Part shown: one piece after another, positions 1 through 7,394 of the stretch | Numbering within the stretch: position 1 is the first letter of the stretch | How the letters are laid out: each line of letters starts with the position of its first letter | Origin: an uncultured bacterium | Lineage (GTDB): Bacteria > Bacillota_I > Bacilli_A > RF39 > UBA660 | Length of the DNA stretch: 46,785 bases | Assembly (NCBI GenBank): GCA_949293285.1 | Contig: CASFCU010000059.1 | Coordinates: 1 to 46,785, forward strand | Direction of reading: 5' to 3' | Program-made: the position numbers and the translations under genes | Notes under the pieces: generated by a model | Seen by the model: the letters and a program-made list of their open reading frames with translations, nothing else | Told to the model about the DNA's origin: nothing | The model's database searches: none

Positions 1-21
1 AGTATTATATACTTTATTCAT
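1..21 (-). CDS. 5' end of a leftward gene cut by the window edge (MNKVYNT...)
   Basis: Minus strand reads AAAGGAG (plus 28-34), a 6-nt spacer, then ATG (plus 21-19) followed by AAT AAA GTA TAT AAT ACT. Only 7 codons are visible, so there is no product call. Confidence 0.3.
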
Positions 22-284
22 ATGGGACTCCTTTTATTATTGGGATTTTAATTTTATTATATCAGAAGGGTCCCATATAAGCTTAATAGAAACGAAAATA
101 AATTAGAGGAAGAAACACTCTAATTTTCTTTTGATAAAAAACTGTCCGTAACTAAGATTTGTAGTAGAGTAAAGCATAAGTGTGAGTGTCCGTCCTATTG
201 CTTTGCTTATCCCACGAAAAACCTTTTTCGTGGGGAAATTATAAATTATGAGTTAATTGTATAAATTTATATAAATTAACTTAG

Positions 285-420
285 GATTATACTGATAAAC
301 TGATTTGGCTTTTGTCCCCTAACAACTTCAATGGCACTAATGCTAACGTGTTCAAGGTGAATCCTGCCTCTAGTTTGAACAACAACAACGTCGATAACGT
401 TGATGGGGCCCGCGCCCGGC
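285..420 (+). repeat. DGR template repeat (TR) candidate with 3' G/C-only clamp
   Basis: Local GC island in AT-rich DNA. An open frame from 285 reads DYTDKLIWLLSPNNFNGTNANVFKVNPASSLNNNNVDNVDGARAR. 11 of 33 codons between 321 and 419 are AAY (Asn). The TR ends in GGGGCCCGCGCCCGGC (405-420). There is no start codon or RBS, so it is not a gene. The exact 5' boundary is uncertain. Confidence 0.75.
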
Positions 421-442
421 AATTTCCTTTAATTCATTTACG

Positions 443-480
443 GCTATTTTTATAGTAATAATGCTATGGTGAAAAATAGC
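443..480 (+). other. Stem-loop in the TR-avd spacer
   Basis: GCTATTTTT (443-451) pairs with AAAAATAGC (472-480). An inner ATAG/CTAT pairing lies in the loop. Confidence 0.6.
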
Positions 481-539
481 TATTCACTAAAGTGAAACAA
501 GTATAATTCTATGGGATATTCCCAAAAAATCTTGTAGAC

Positions 540-581
540 AAACTGCTTATAGTTAGTAAAGTTTGAAAACTATAGCAGTTT
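540..581 (+). other. Long stem-loop just upstream of the avd RBS
   Basis: AAACTGC-T-TATAGTT (540-554) pairs with AACTATAGCAGTTT (568-581). The stem is about 13 bp with a one-base bulge. Confidence 0.6.
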
Positions 582-604
582 TAGCTACAACTGTGAGGTT
601 TACT

Positions 605-967
605 ATGAATAACAATACAAGTAGTAAAGATTTTAGTTTATATAACAAAGTAGTTGATTTGGATAATTATATTAATCGATATATAGCAAACAACATTTCA
701 TCTGTTCGTAGAGATATTAGAATACACCTTTTAGATGAGATATATAATCTTTCAAAAAATATTTTTTATGCATTATATAATAAGGGAAATATTAGAATGA
801 AATATTTAATAGAATTACAAGTTAATATTTCTTTAATTGATATGTTTCTTTTGAAACTAAGAAATCTTAACACAGTTAAAAAAAGTTACATAGACGTTTC
901 TATATCTAAACTTAGTGATATTAAAAATATTATTTACGGTTGGAAATTTAATGAAGAAAAGAAATAG
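605..967 (+). CDS. avd: Avd-like accessory variability determinant (four-helix-bundle protein)
   Basis: 120 aa, basic and helical, with the pattern of four-helix-bundle / 23S-IVS-type proteins (ends ...IKNIIYGW). GAGG lies 7 nt upstream of ATG 605. It overlaps the RT start by 17 nt. The TTG at 563 in the ORF track lies inside the hairpin and is unlikely to be the start. Confidence 0.8.
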   Translation: MNNNTSSKDFSLYNKVVDLDNYINRYIANNISSVRRDIRIHLLDEIYNLSKNIFYALYNKGNIRMKYLIELQVNISLIDMFLLKLRNLNTVKKSYIDVSISKLSDIKNIIYGWKFNEEKK

Positions 968-2438
968 TATTACCTATGATACAGAACTCTCTATTGATAA
1001 TATTTATAACATGTGGAATGTCATTCGTAAGACTTGTAAAAACAAAAAAGCTCTTTTGAATTTTTCTATGAATTTATCTACAAATATTGACTATATCTAC
1101 AAAGCATTAAAAAATAGAACATATAGTCCTTATAAATATAACACTTTTATGATTTTTGAACCTAAAGCAAGACTAGTTATGAGTAGTTCTATTCGTGACA
1201 AAATAGTTAATCATTTTGTAGCTAATTATTATCTTATTCCCTACTTAGAAAAAAGTCTCATTGATGTGAATGTGGCTACTAGGAAAAAAAGGGGAAGCTC
1301 TTATGCTATGTACCTTATTAAAAAGTATTTTAATAAAATATTAATTAATAATGCTAAAAAAGAAATATATTGTTTAAAGATAGATATTAGTAAATATTTT
1401 TATTCTATAAATCACAATATACTAATAAAAAAAATAGAGAAAAAAATTTATGATCAAGATATTATTCATTTAGTTAAGTTGATAATTAGTGAGACTAATA
1501 AAGATTATATTAATGATTCTATTTATCAATATAATAAAATTTATAATACTGATATTCCTTTATATGGGAATGATAGAGGATTGAGTATTGGTGCTATGAC
1601 TAGCCAATTTTTAGCCATTTTTTATCTTAATGATTTGAATCATTTTATTAAAGAAAAATTAAAATGTAAATATTACGTTAGATATATGGATGATCTAATA
1701 ATTTTAGACTGTGATAAAGAAAAACTTAAAGAAATTTGGAAATTGATTGTATTCGAAATTGAGAAGTTAGAACTTTCAGCAAATAAAAAAAGTAATATTT
1801 ATAACTGTAGTAAAGGTTTTACTTTTTTAGGTTATAAATATAAGATAACTAACAATAAGTTAAAAATTAGCTTTAATCGTAAAACTTATTTTAAAATTAA
1901 AAAGAAATTAAAGACTCTATATAGATATGATAGGATTAAGTTTAATAAATCACTTGATAGCTATTGGGGATACTTTAGTAATTGTTATACTTTAAAGAAA
2001 GGAAGTTTTAAAATGAAATTAATAGATATCTATAAGTTGTATAAAGAAAACCATTTCGATACTTTAATCATTGTTAAAGATGGAATTTTTTATAAAAGCT
2101 TTTATAATGATGCTAAGATATTGTGGTATTTATTTAACTATAAATATATTAATGATTCTGTCTCTTTTGGTAATGTTCCTTATGATAAAGTAGTTTCTAA
2201 ATTGAAAAGAAATGATATTAATTTTATAATTTTTGATAAAGAAAAAGAGCTTTTATCCTTAATAAAAGAAGATAATACCTATCATTCTTACTCTGATTTG
2301 GCAAATAAATCTTATGATAAAAGATTAAAAATTGATTTACTTTTGAAAAAGTTAGAATTTATTTTAGATAATAATTATAGTTCTTATCAAAAGATAGATT
2401 CTTATCTTGAAAATTTTAATTCATCTTCTGATAATTAA
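951..2438 (+). CDS. DGR-type reverse transcriptase with C-terminal MutS domain-I-like extension
   Basis: RT motifs present: FEPKARLVMSSSIRDKIVNH, ATRKKRGS, KIDISKYFYSINH, GLSIGAMTSQ ([I/L]GxxxSQ, the DGR hallmark) and YVRYMDDLIIL (YMDD). The C-terminal ~140 aa (nt 2013 onward) align to the MutS N-terminal domain. The start is taken at ATG 951 (MKKRNSITYD). Confidence 0.9.
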   Translation: MKKRNSITYDTELSIDNIYNMWNVIRKTCKNKKALLNFSMNLSTNIDYIYKALKNRTYSPYKYNTFMIFEPKARLVMSSSIRDKIVNHFVANYYLIPYLEKSLIDVNVATRKKRGSSYAMYLIKKYFNKILINNAKKEIYCLKIDISKYFYSINHNILIKKIEKKIYDQDIIHLVKLIISETNKDYINDSIYQYNKIYNTDIPLYGNDRGLSIGAMTSQFLAIFYLNDLNHFIKEKLKCKYYVRYMDDLIILDCDKEKLKEIWKLIVFEIEKLELSANKKSNIYNCSKGFTFLGYKYKITNNKLKISFNRKTYFKIKKKLKTLYRYDRIKFNKSLDSYWGYFSNCYTLKKGSFKMKLIDIYKLYKENHFDTLIIVKDGIFYKSFYNDAKILWYLFNYKYINDSVSFGNVPYDKVVSKLKRNDINFIIFDKEKELLSLIKEDNTYHSYSDLANKSYDKRLKIDLLLKKLEFILDNNYSSYQKIDSYLENFNSSSDN

Positions 2439-2542
2439 GTAAAGACAAGCAGTTGAAAAGCAAATGAAAGGTAAGATAACCCAAAGAGATATGTTTGACA
2501 AAATTATTCATATATATTAGAATTTATTATAGGAGGAATGAT

Positions 2543-3061
2543 ATGGATAATAGAGATAAAAAGAATATAATGATTGTTGCCCTTTTAGTAGCAGTAGTAT
2601 TTATGTCAGTAGGATATGCCTTATTGTCAGCTCAATTAGATGTAAAAGGAACGACCACTATAGTAGACCCTGTGTGGGATGTCAAAATTACCTCTATAAG
2701 CAGTACAGAAACAGAGGGAAATGCAACTAGTATCGATGCAATGGTTGAAAACAGATTCTCTGCAAAATTCAATGCCCAATTTCAAGCACCTGGAGATAAA
2801 ATAACATATGTAGTGAATGTTAAAAATGAGGGAACGATAAGTGCAGTATTGAATTCAATTACAATTACTCCTGATGATTATGCAGATGGATTTATAGTCT
2901 ATACAATAGATGGCTTAGAAGTAGGGGATACATTGAATGTCGGAGAAACTAAAGTATTTACAATTTCTGCAACCTACAATGAAGAGATAGAAGGAACACC
3001 ACAAGAGGAAGATTTGACAAAAGAGATCACTTTAATACTAGATTATGTACAAAATAAGTAA
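2543..3061 (+). CDS. Small secreted beta-rich protein with N-terminal signal-anchor; candidate SipW substrate (TasA/camelysin-like by context)
   Basis: AGGAGG at 2531-2536 precedes ATG 2543. The N-terminus is basic, followed by a hydrophobic segment and then ...GYALLSAQLDVKGT. The gene sits directly upstream of a SipW-type peptidase gene. The family call rests mainly on context. Confidence 0.5.
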   Translation: MDNRDKKNIMIVALLVAVVFMSVGYALLSAQLDVKGTTTIVDPVWDVKITSISSTETEGNATSIDAMVENRFSAKFNAQFQAPGDKITYVVNVKNEGTISAVLNSITITPDDYADGFIVYTIDGLEVGDTLNVGETKVFTISATYNEEIEGTPQEEDLTKEITLILDYVQNK

Positions 3062-3127
3062 TTTTTTATAAGTTACTTTTTTTTTGCTCATTTATGTTTT
3101 ATAATAATTTCATAATAGGAGCTTGTT

Positions 3128-4273
3128 ATGAAAAACAGAAAAATTATTTTAATGTACATTATTTTATTAGTATATATCATAGCTAATAATTATGTAATCA
3201 TATCACCATTTGCAAAATATTATAATTTATTAATAAATCCATTATTATTACTAATAGTAGCAATGATTTTCTACGTATTATTTCCAAAAAAACAAAGAAA
3301 AATTAGATATAAATATGAACAAATTCAAAATATTATTATCATCTTATTCATCTATTCTATGATATATTTCTTATCAGGATTAATATTTGGGTATGAATAT
3401 TCTATATATGGAAGGGACCTATCTACGATAATTCAAAATATTTATTCCTTCATAACGGTTATTATTTTAAGTGAATATATAAGGAACAAATTAGTAGTAA
3501 ATACTGAAGATAATGCTATAAATAATGTATTAATATCCCTTTTTTTATTATCTATGAGTACAAATTTTACTTATTTAGTCAACCATCTTTATCCCTTTTC
3601 TACAGGGTTTAAATATATGACCAGTAATTTTATACCCGATTTAGTTACAACCTTTATACTCACTTACCTATCCAGAACAACAGGATTAAAAGCTACAATA
3701 ATTTATAGAAGTTGGCTTAGATTAATACCAATAATATTACCAATACTACCTAAATTACCTTGGATACTAACATCTATAATAGGAATTGTTCTCCCCATGG
3801 TAATATACTTTAATATAAGTTATCTAACTATGATGTACGATAGAAAAAATCGAAGATTTTCATTAAATAAAAATGATAAGGGAACAACAATTCTAACAAT
3901 CATAGTAATCATGTTCGTTCTCTTTATCCTAAAAATATTTAAATATTTTCCAATTGCAGTATTATCTAACAGCATGGAAACCACTTTTTCAAAAGGAGAT
4001 GCTGTAATTATCGAAAAGATTGATAAAAATTCTTTGGGACAATTAAAAGTATATGATATAATTTATTATAAGAAAAATAATAAACTTATCATACATCGGA
4101 TAGAACAAATCGAAGAAATAGACAATAAGAGAGTATTTATTACAAAAGGGGACAACAATCCTACAAAAGACCCTTGGTATGTATATGAAGAAGATATCAT
4201 TGGCATTATGAAATTCAAAATACCATGTCTGGGATATCCAGCAGTGTGGTTTAATGAAGCAATAAATAATTAG
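3128..4273 (+). CDS. sipW: Polytopic membrane domain fused to SipW/Sec11-type signal peptidase I
   Basis: The C-terminal ~110 aa read AVLSNSMETTFSKGDAVIIEK...IIHRI...ITKGDNNPTKDPW, matching S26B-type Ser/His/Asp boxes. The N-terminal ~270 aa are multi-TM. The RBS is TAGGAG. Confidence 0.8.
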   Translation: MKNRKIILMYIILLVYIIANNYVIISPFAKYYNLLINPLLLLIVAMIFYVLFPKKQRKIRYKYEQIQNIIIILFIYSMIYFLSGLIFGYEYSIYGRDLSTIIQNIYSFITVIILSEYIRNKLVVNTEDNAINNVLISLFLLSMSTNFTYLVNHLYPFSTGFKYMTSNFIPDLVTTFILTYLSRTTGLKATIIYRSWLRLIPIILPILPKLPWILTSIIGIVLPMVIYFNISYLTMMYDRKNRRFSLNKNDKGTTILTIIVIMFVLFILKIFKYFPIAVLSNSMETTFSKGDAVIIEKIDKNSLGQLKVYDIIYYKKNNKLIIHRIEQIEEIDNKRVFITKGDNNPTKDPWYVYEEDIIGIMKFKIPCLGYPAVWFNEAINN

Positions 4274-4281
4274 GAGGTTGC

Positions 4282-5346
4282 ATGAAAAATAAAGAAAAAA
4301 ATATATTAAAAAGAACAATTCTAAGAAGTATATTATTAGTTTTATCTATTTTCTCTTTAGTAATAGGAATTTTAATAACAGTAGAAGGACTAACAAATAA
4401 CAAAGAAAAAAAAGAAAACATTGTAAATTATGAAACAGGTGGTAAGATTGAATATAATGTTACCTTAAAAGACAATGATTTCTATGACCTGGAAGATATC
4501 AATACGAAAAATATAATAAGCAAATATTTAAATACATTAGATATAAACTTTAAATACGAGTTTTCTTCATCAAAAGCTTTACATTCCAATGCCACGTATT
4601 CTTTAAAAATGTATTTAATAAATAGTTATACACAAAATAACAACGAAGAAGAATTATGGAGAAAAGAATATGAATTATTACCAGAAACAAAAATTACAGA
4701 AAATAAAGCGGTAGTATACTTTGAAAAACAAATTAGTATTAATTATGACGAATATAATGAAATAGCTAGAAAATTTAGAAGTGAATCTGGAATATTAACA
4801 AATTCTTATTTACAACTGGAATTTTCAATAAACAATGAATTAATGGAAGAAACAAAAAATATTAGTTTCGGTGACAATCATGTTTTAGTAGTAAAAATTC
4901 CATTACTAGAAAATATAACTTCTATAGAAAAATTAGGAGAATTTAATGAAAAAGAAAACTTATATAATATTGAAAAAATAGATACCAATTATCTTCAATT
5001 ATCGATTGGCATTTTACTATTAATTGTATCTATTGCCTTTATGATAACTGCTGCAAGAATGTTTATAAATATAAATGAAGTCTCTAAATATATTACGGAA
5101 CAAGGAAGAATATTAAAAAGATATGGAGATGTAATTGCAGAAACCACCACAAAGCCAGATTTAAATAATTTAGATGTAATGGAAATAACAAATTTTATAG
5201 ATTTAATAAATATTGAAGATGAGCTTAGAATTCCAATATTATTCTATGAAAATATCAAAGGAAAAGAGTCTTGGTTTATCATTATTCATAATACGGAGGC
5301 CTATAGATATATTTTAAAAGCAAAAACGAAATCAAAGAAGACCTAA
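4282..5346 (+). CDS. Two-TM membrane protein of unknown function (N-terminal TM, ~220-aa outside domain, second TM, ~100-aa C-terminal domain)
   Basis: The RBS AGGAGG lies 5 nt upstream. The gene is 8 nt after the sipW-like stop, so probably in the same operon. I recognise no catalytic motif. Confidence 0.6.
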   Translation: MKNKEKNILKRTILRSILLVLSIFSLVIGILITVEGLTNNKEKKENIVNYETGGKIEYNVTLKDNDFYDLEDINTKNIISKYLNTLDINFKYEFSSSKALHSNATYSLKMYLINSYTQNNNEEELWRKEYELLPETKITENKAVVYFEKQISINYDEYNEIARKFRSESGILTNSYLQLEFSINNELMEETKNISFGDNHVLVVKIPLLENITSIEKLGEFNEKENLYNIEKIDTNYLQLSIGILLLIVSIAFMITAARMFININEVSKYITEQGRILKRYGDVIAETTTKPDLNNLDVMEITNFIDLINIEDELRIPILFYENIKGKESWFIIIHNTEAYRYILKAKTKSKKT

Positions 5347-5356
5347 CAAGGGAACT

Positions 5357-5390
5357 AAAAAGAATGTTTTTAATACATTCTTTTTATATT
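5357..5390 (+). terminator. Rho-independent terminator of the sipW-locus operon
   Basis: AAAAAGAATGT (5357-5367) pairs with ACATTCTTTTT (5375-5385). A T-run follows. Confidence 0.7.
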
Positions 5391-5752
5391 ATGAGAAAAT
5401 ATTCTATTTTGTTTAATAGTTAGTATATAAAAGAGTATTTGCTATATTTTCTGTTTTTTGGCATAATCGTTTATGGAAGAAATTCTATTTGCAAAGAACT
5501 CTCATAACTAGACATATTAGATTAGTTCTATGAAAATAACTATCGAGAAAAAATCATCCATGATAATGACGATAATTTAAAATCACATTAAGTATAGTTT
5601 TTAACTTGTTTCAACTTTTTAAATACAAAGAGCTTTATTCTATAGTATTATCATTAAAAAAATAATTAACAATATCTTCAGTAATCATCTATATTTATCT
5701 CAATAAATAATAACAAAATAATATCTATAAGTTAAAACGAAGAATAATTCTT

Positions 5753-5780
5753 GAATATTTCAAGTACTTAATCATAGAAT
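5753..5780 (+). promoter_or_regulatory. Candidate sigma-E-type sporulation promoter for spoIVA
   Basis: GAATATT (5753-5759), 13 nt, then CATAGAAT (5773-5780), about 28 nt before the ATG. This resembles the mother-cell sigma-E consensus (ATATT...CATACA-T). spoIVA is sigma-E dependent in B. subtilis. Confidence 0.4.
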
Positions 5781-5808
5781 TAATTGAATAGTTAAGGAAG
5801 GGGTATAT

Positions 5809-7284
5809 ATGGATAAACAAGAAATCATTAAAAATATTGCTTTAAGAACAGGTGGAGATGTATATTTAGGTGTCGTTGGGGCAGTTAGAACAGGGAAAAG
5901 TACTTTTATAAAAAAAGTAATTGAAACACTTGTAGTTCCAAATATAAAAGATGAATATGAAAGAAAAAGAGCTTTAGATGAAATTCCTCAAAGTGCAAGT
6001 GGAAAAACCATCATGACGATAGAACCAAAATTTGTTCCCAACACTGCAGCAAAAATTAACATCGATGATTTCAGTTGCAACATAAGACTAATTGACTGCG
6101 TTGGCTATTTAATTAAAAATGCCAAAGGAGCAGAAGATGAAAACGGACCACGAATGGTAAAATGTCCCTGGTATGATGATGCTATTCCTTTTGTGGAAGC
6201 AGCAGAACTAGGAACAGAAAAGGTAATCAAAGAACATTCTACTATTGGAATTGTTATAGCAACAGATGGCTCTATTGGAGAATTTGAAAGATCTGATTAT
6301 ATAGAAGCAGAAAACAGAGTAATCAGTGAATTAAAAGAAATAGGAAAACCATTTATTGTAATATTAAATTCAACTCATCCAATGTTACCAGAGACAGAAA
6401 AACTTGCTGAAAATCTAAGAGAAGAACACAACGTTCCCGTAATACCAATGAATATCGATACCATGAATGAAAAAGATTTATATAATGTTTTAAGAGAAGC
6501 ACTATATGAATTCCCGATACTAGAAGTAAGAGTAAACATGCCTGAATGGATTGCTATACTAAGTTCCAACAATAAAGTAAAACAAAGTTATATTGATTCT
6601 ATTAGGGCAAGCGTTGGAGAGGTAGATAAATTAAAAGATATTGAAAATATAACAAAAGGATTTTTAGATAATGAAAATATCTCTAGAGCATATCTATCAG
6701 AAGTAGATCCATCTACGGGAGTAGTAACAATAAACTTAGAAGCACCTAGAGAACTATATAACGATGTATTAAAAGAAATTATAAAAATAGATGTCAAGAA
6801 CAAAGCGGAATTATTGTCATTGTTCCAAGAATATAATGAAGCCAAAAATGAATATGATCAAATAAAATATGCCTTAAAAATGGTAAAACAAACCGGTTAT
6901 GGAGTAGCCTCTCCTACATTGAAGGATATGAAACTAGATACACCAGAGATTATAAAACAAGGTAGCAGATATGGAATAAAACTAAAAGCTGTAGCACCAT
7001 CTATTCATATGATAAGAGTCGATGTAAATTCTACATTTGAACCGATAATAGGAAGTGAACTTCAAAGCAAAGAACTAATCGACTATCTTATGAAAGATTA
7101 CGAAAATGATCCACAAAACATTTGGAAAAGTGAAATATTTGGCAGAAGTTTAGATGTGATTGTTCAAGAAGGTATCCAATCCAAAATATCATTAATGCCA
7201 GATAATATCAGATACAAATTAAGTCAAACTCTTACAAAAATTGTAAACAAAGGTTCAAATAATTTAATAGCAATAGTAATATAA
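5809..7284 (+). CDS. spoIVA: Stage IV sporulation protein A (spore coat morphogenetic ATPase)
   Basis: 491 aa with a Walker A in GVVGAVRTGKSTFIKK. Strong full-length resemblance to SpoIVA. RBS AAGGAAGGGG. Confidence 0.95.
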   Translation: MDKQEIIKNIALRTGGDVYLGVVGAVRTGKSTFIKKVIETLVVPNIKDEYERKRALDEIPQSASGKTIMTIEPKFVPNTAAKINIDDFSCNIRLIDCVGYLIKNAKGAEDENGPRMVKCPWYDDAIPFVEAAELGTEKVIKEHSTIGIVIATDGSIGEFERSDYIEAENRVISELKEIGKPFIVILNSTHPMLPETEKLAENLREEHNVPVIPMNIDTMNEKDLYNVLREALYEFPILEVRVNMPEWIAILSSNNKVKQSYIDSIRASVGEVDKLKDIENITKGFLDNENISRAYLSEVDPSTGVVTINLEAPRELYNDVLKEIIKIDVKNKAELLSLFQEYNEAKNEYDQIKYALKMVKQTGYGVASPTLKDMKLDTPEIIKQGSRYGIKLKAVAPSIHMIRVDVNSTFEPIIGSELQSKELIDYLMKDYENDPQNIWKSEIFGRSLDVIVQEGIQSKISLMPDNIRYKLSQTLTKIVNKGSNNLIAIVI

Positions 7285-7394
7285 AAATTATGTAAATATG
7301 CTGAAAAATAAGTACAAAACATTGATTTTAACATTAAAATATGATATTTTGTATATGTAAGCATAATGTGCTTAAAAAGGATGGAGGTAATATA

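Larger units (their letters stand above)
285..2438 (+). mobile_element. Diversity-generating retroelement cassette (TR - structured spacer - avd - RT::MutS-like)
   Basis: Co-oriented TR-like template, Avd-like ORF and DGR-type reverse transcriptase. See the individual features. Confidence 0.85.

Noticed and set aside
211-234. Perfect 11-bp hairpin CCCACGAAAAA-CC-TTTTTCGTGGG as a terminator
   Set aside because: No U-tract follows on either strand and no upstream gene ends there. It may be a protein-binding palindrome or part of the DGR RNA 5' region, but I cannot support a call.
563-604. TTG-initiated N-terminal extension of the avd ORF given by the ORF track (MKTIAVLATTVRFT...)
   Set aside because: The extension lies inside the 3' arm of the 540-581 stem-loop and has no RBS. 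ATG 605 is preceded by GAGG at the correct distance and gives a typical 120-aa Avd.
915-950. Upstream extension of the RT ORF (MILKILFTVGNL)
   Set aside because: It has no RBS, and the residues are out-of-frame avd coding sequence. ATG 951 gives the usual short DGR RT N-terminus.
951-2438. Interpreting the RT as a retron, group II intron or Abi/UG defence RT
   Set aside because: Motif 4 is IGAMTSQ (DGR-type GxxxSQ), and an Avd-like gene and an AAY-rich template precede it. I saw no retron-style msr/msd a1/a2 inverted repeats. There are no intron domain V/VI or maturase/En domains, and no effector gene fused or adjacent other than the MutS-like module.
2543-5346. The secreted proteins downstream of the RT as the DGR target
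   Set aside because: No segment of these genes resembles the TR (285-420). None contains the G/C clamp or an Asn-derived variable C-terminus.
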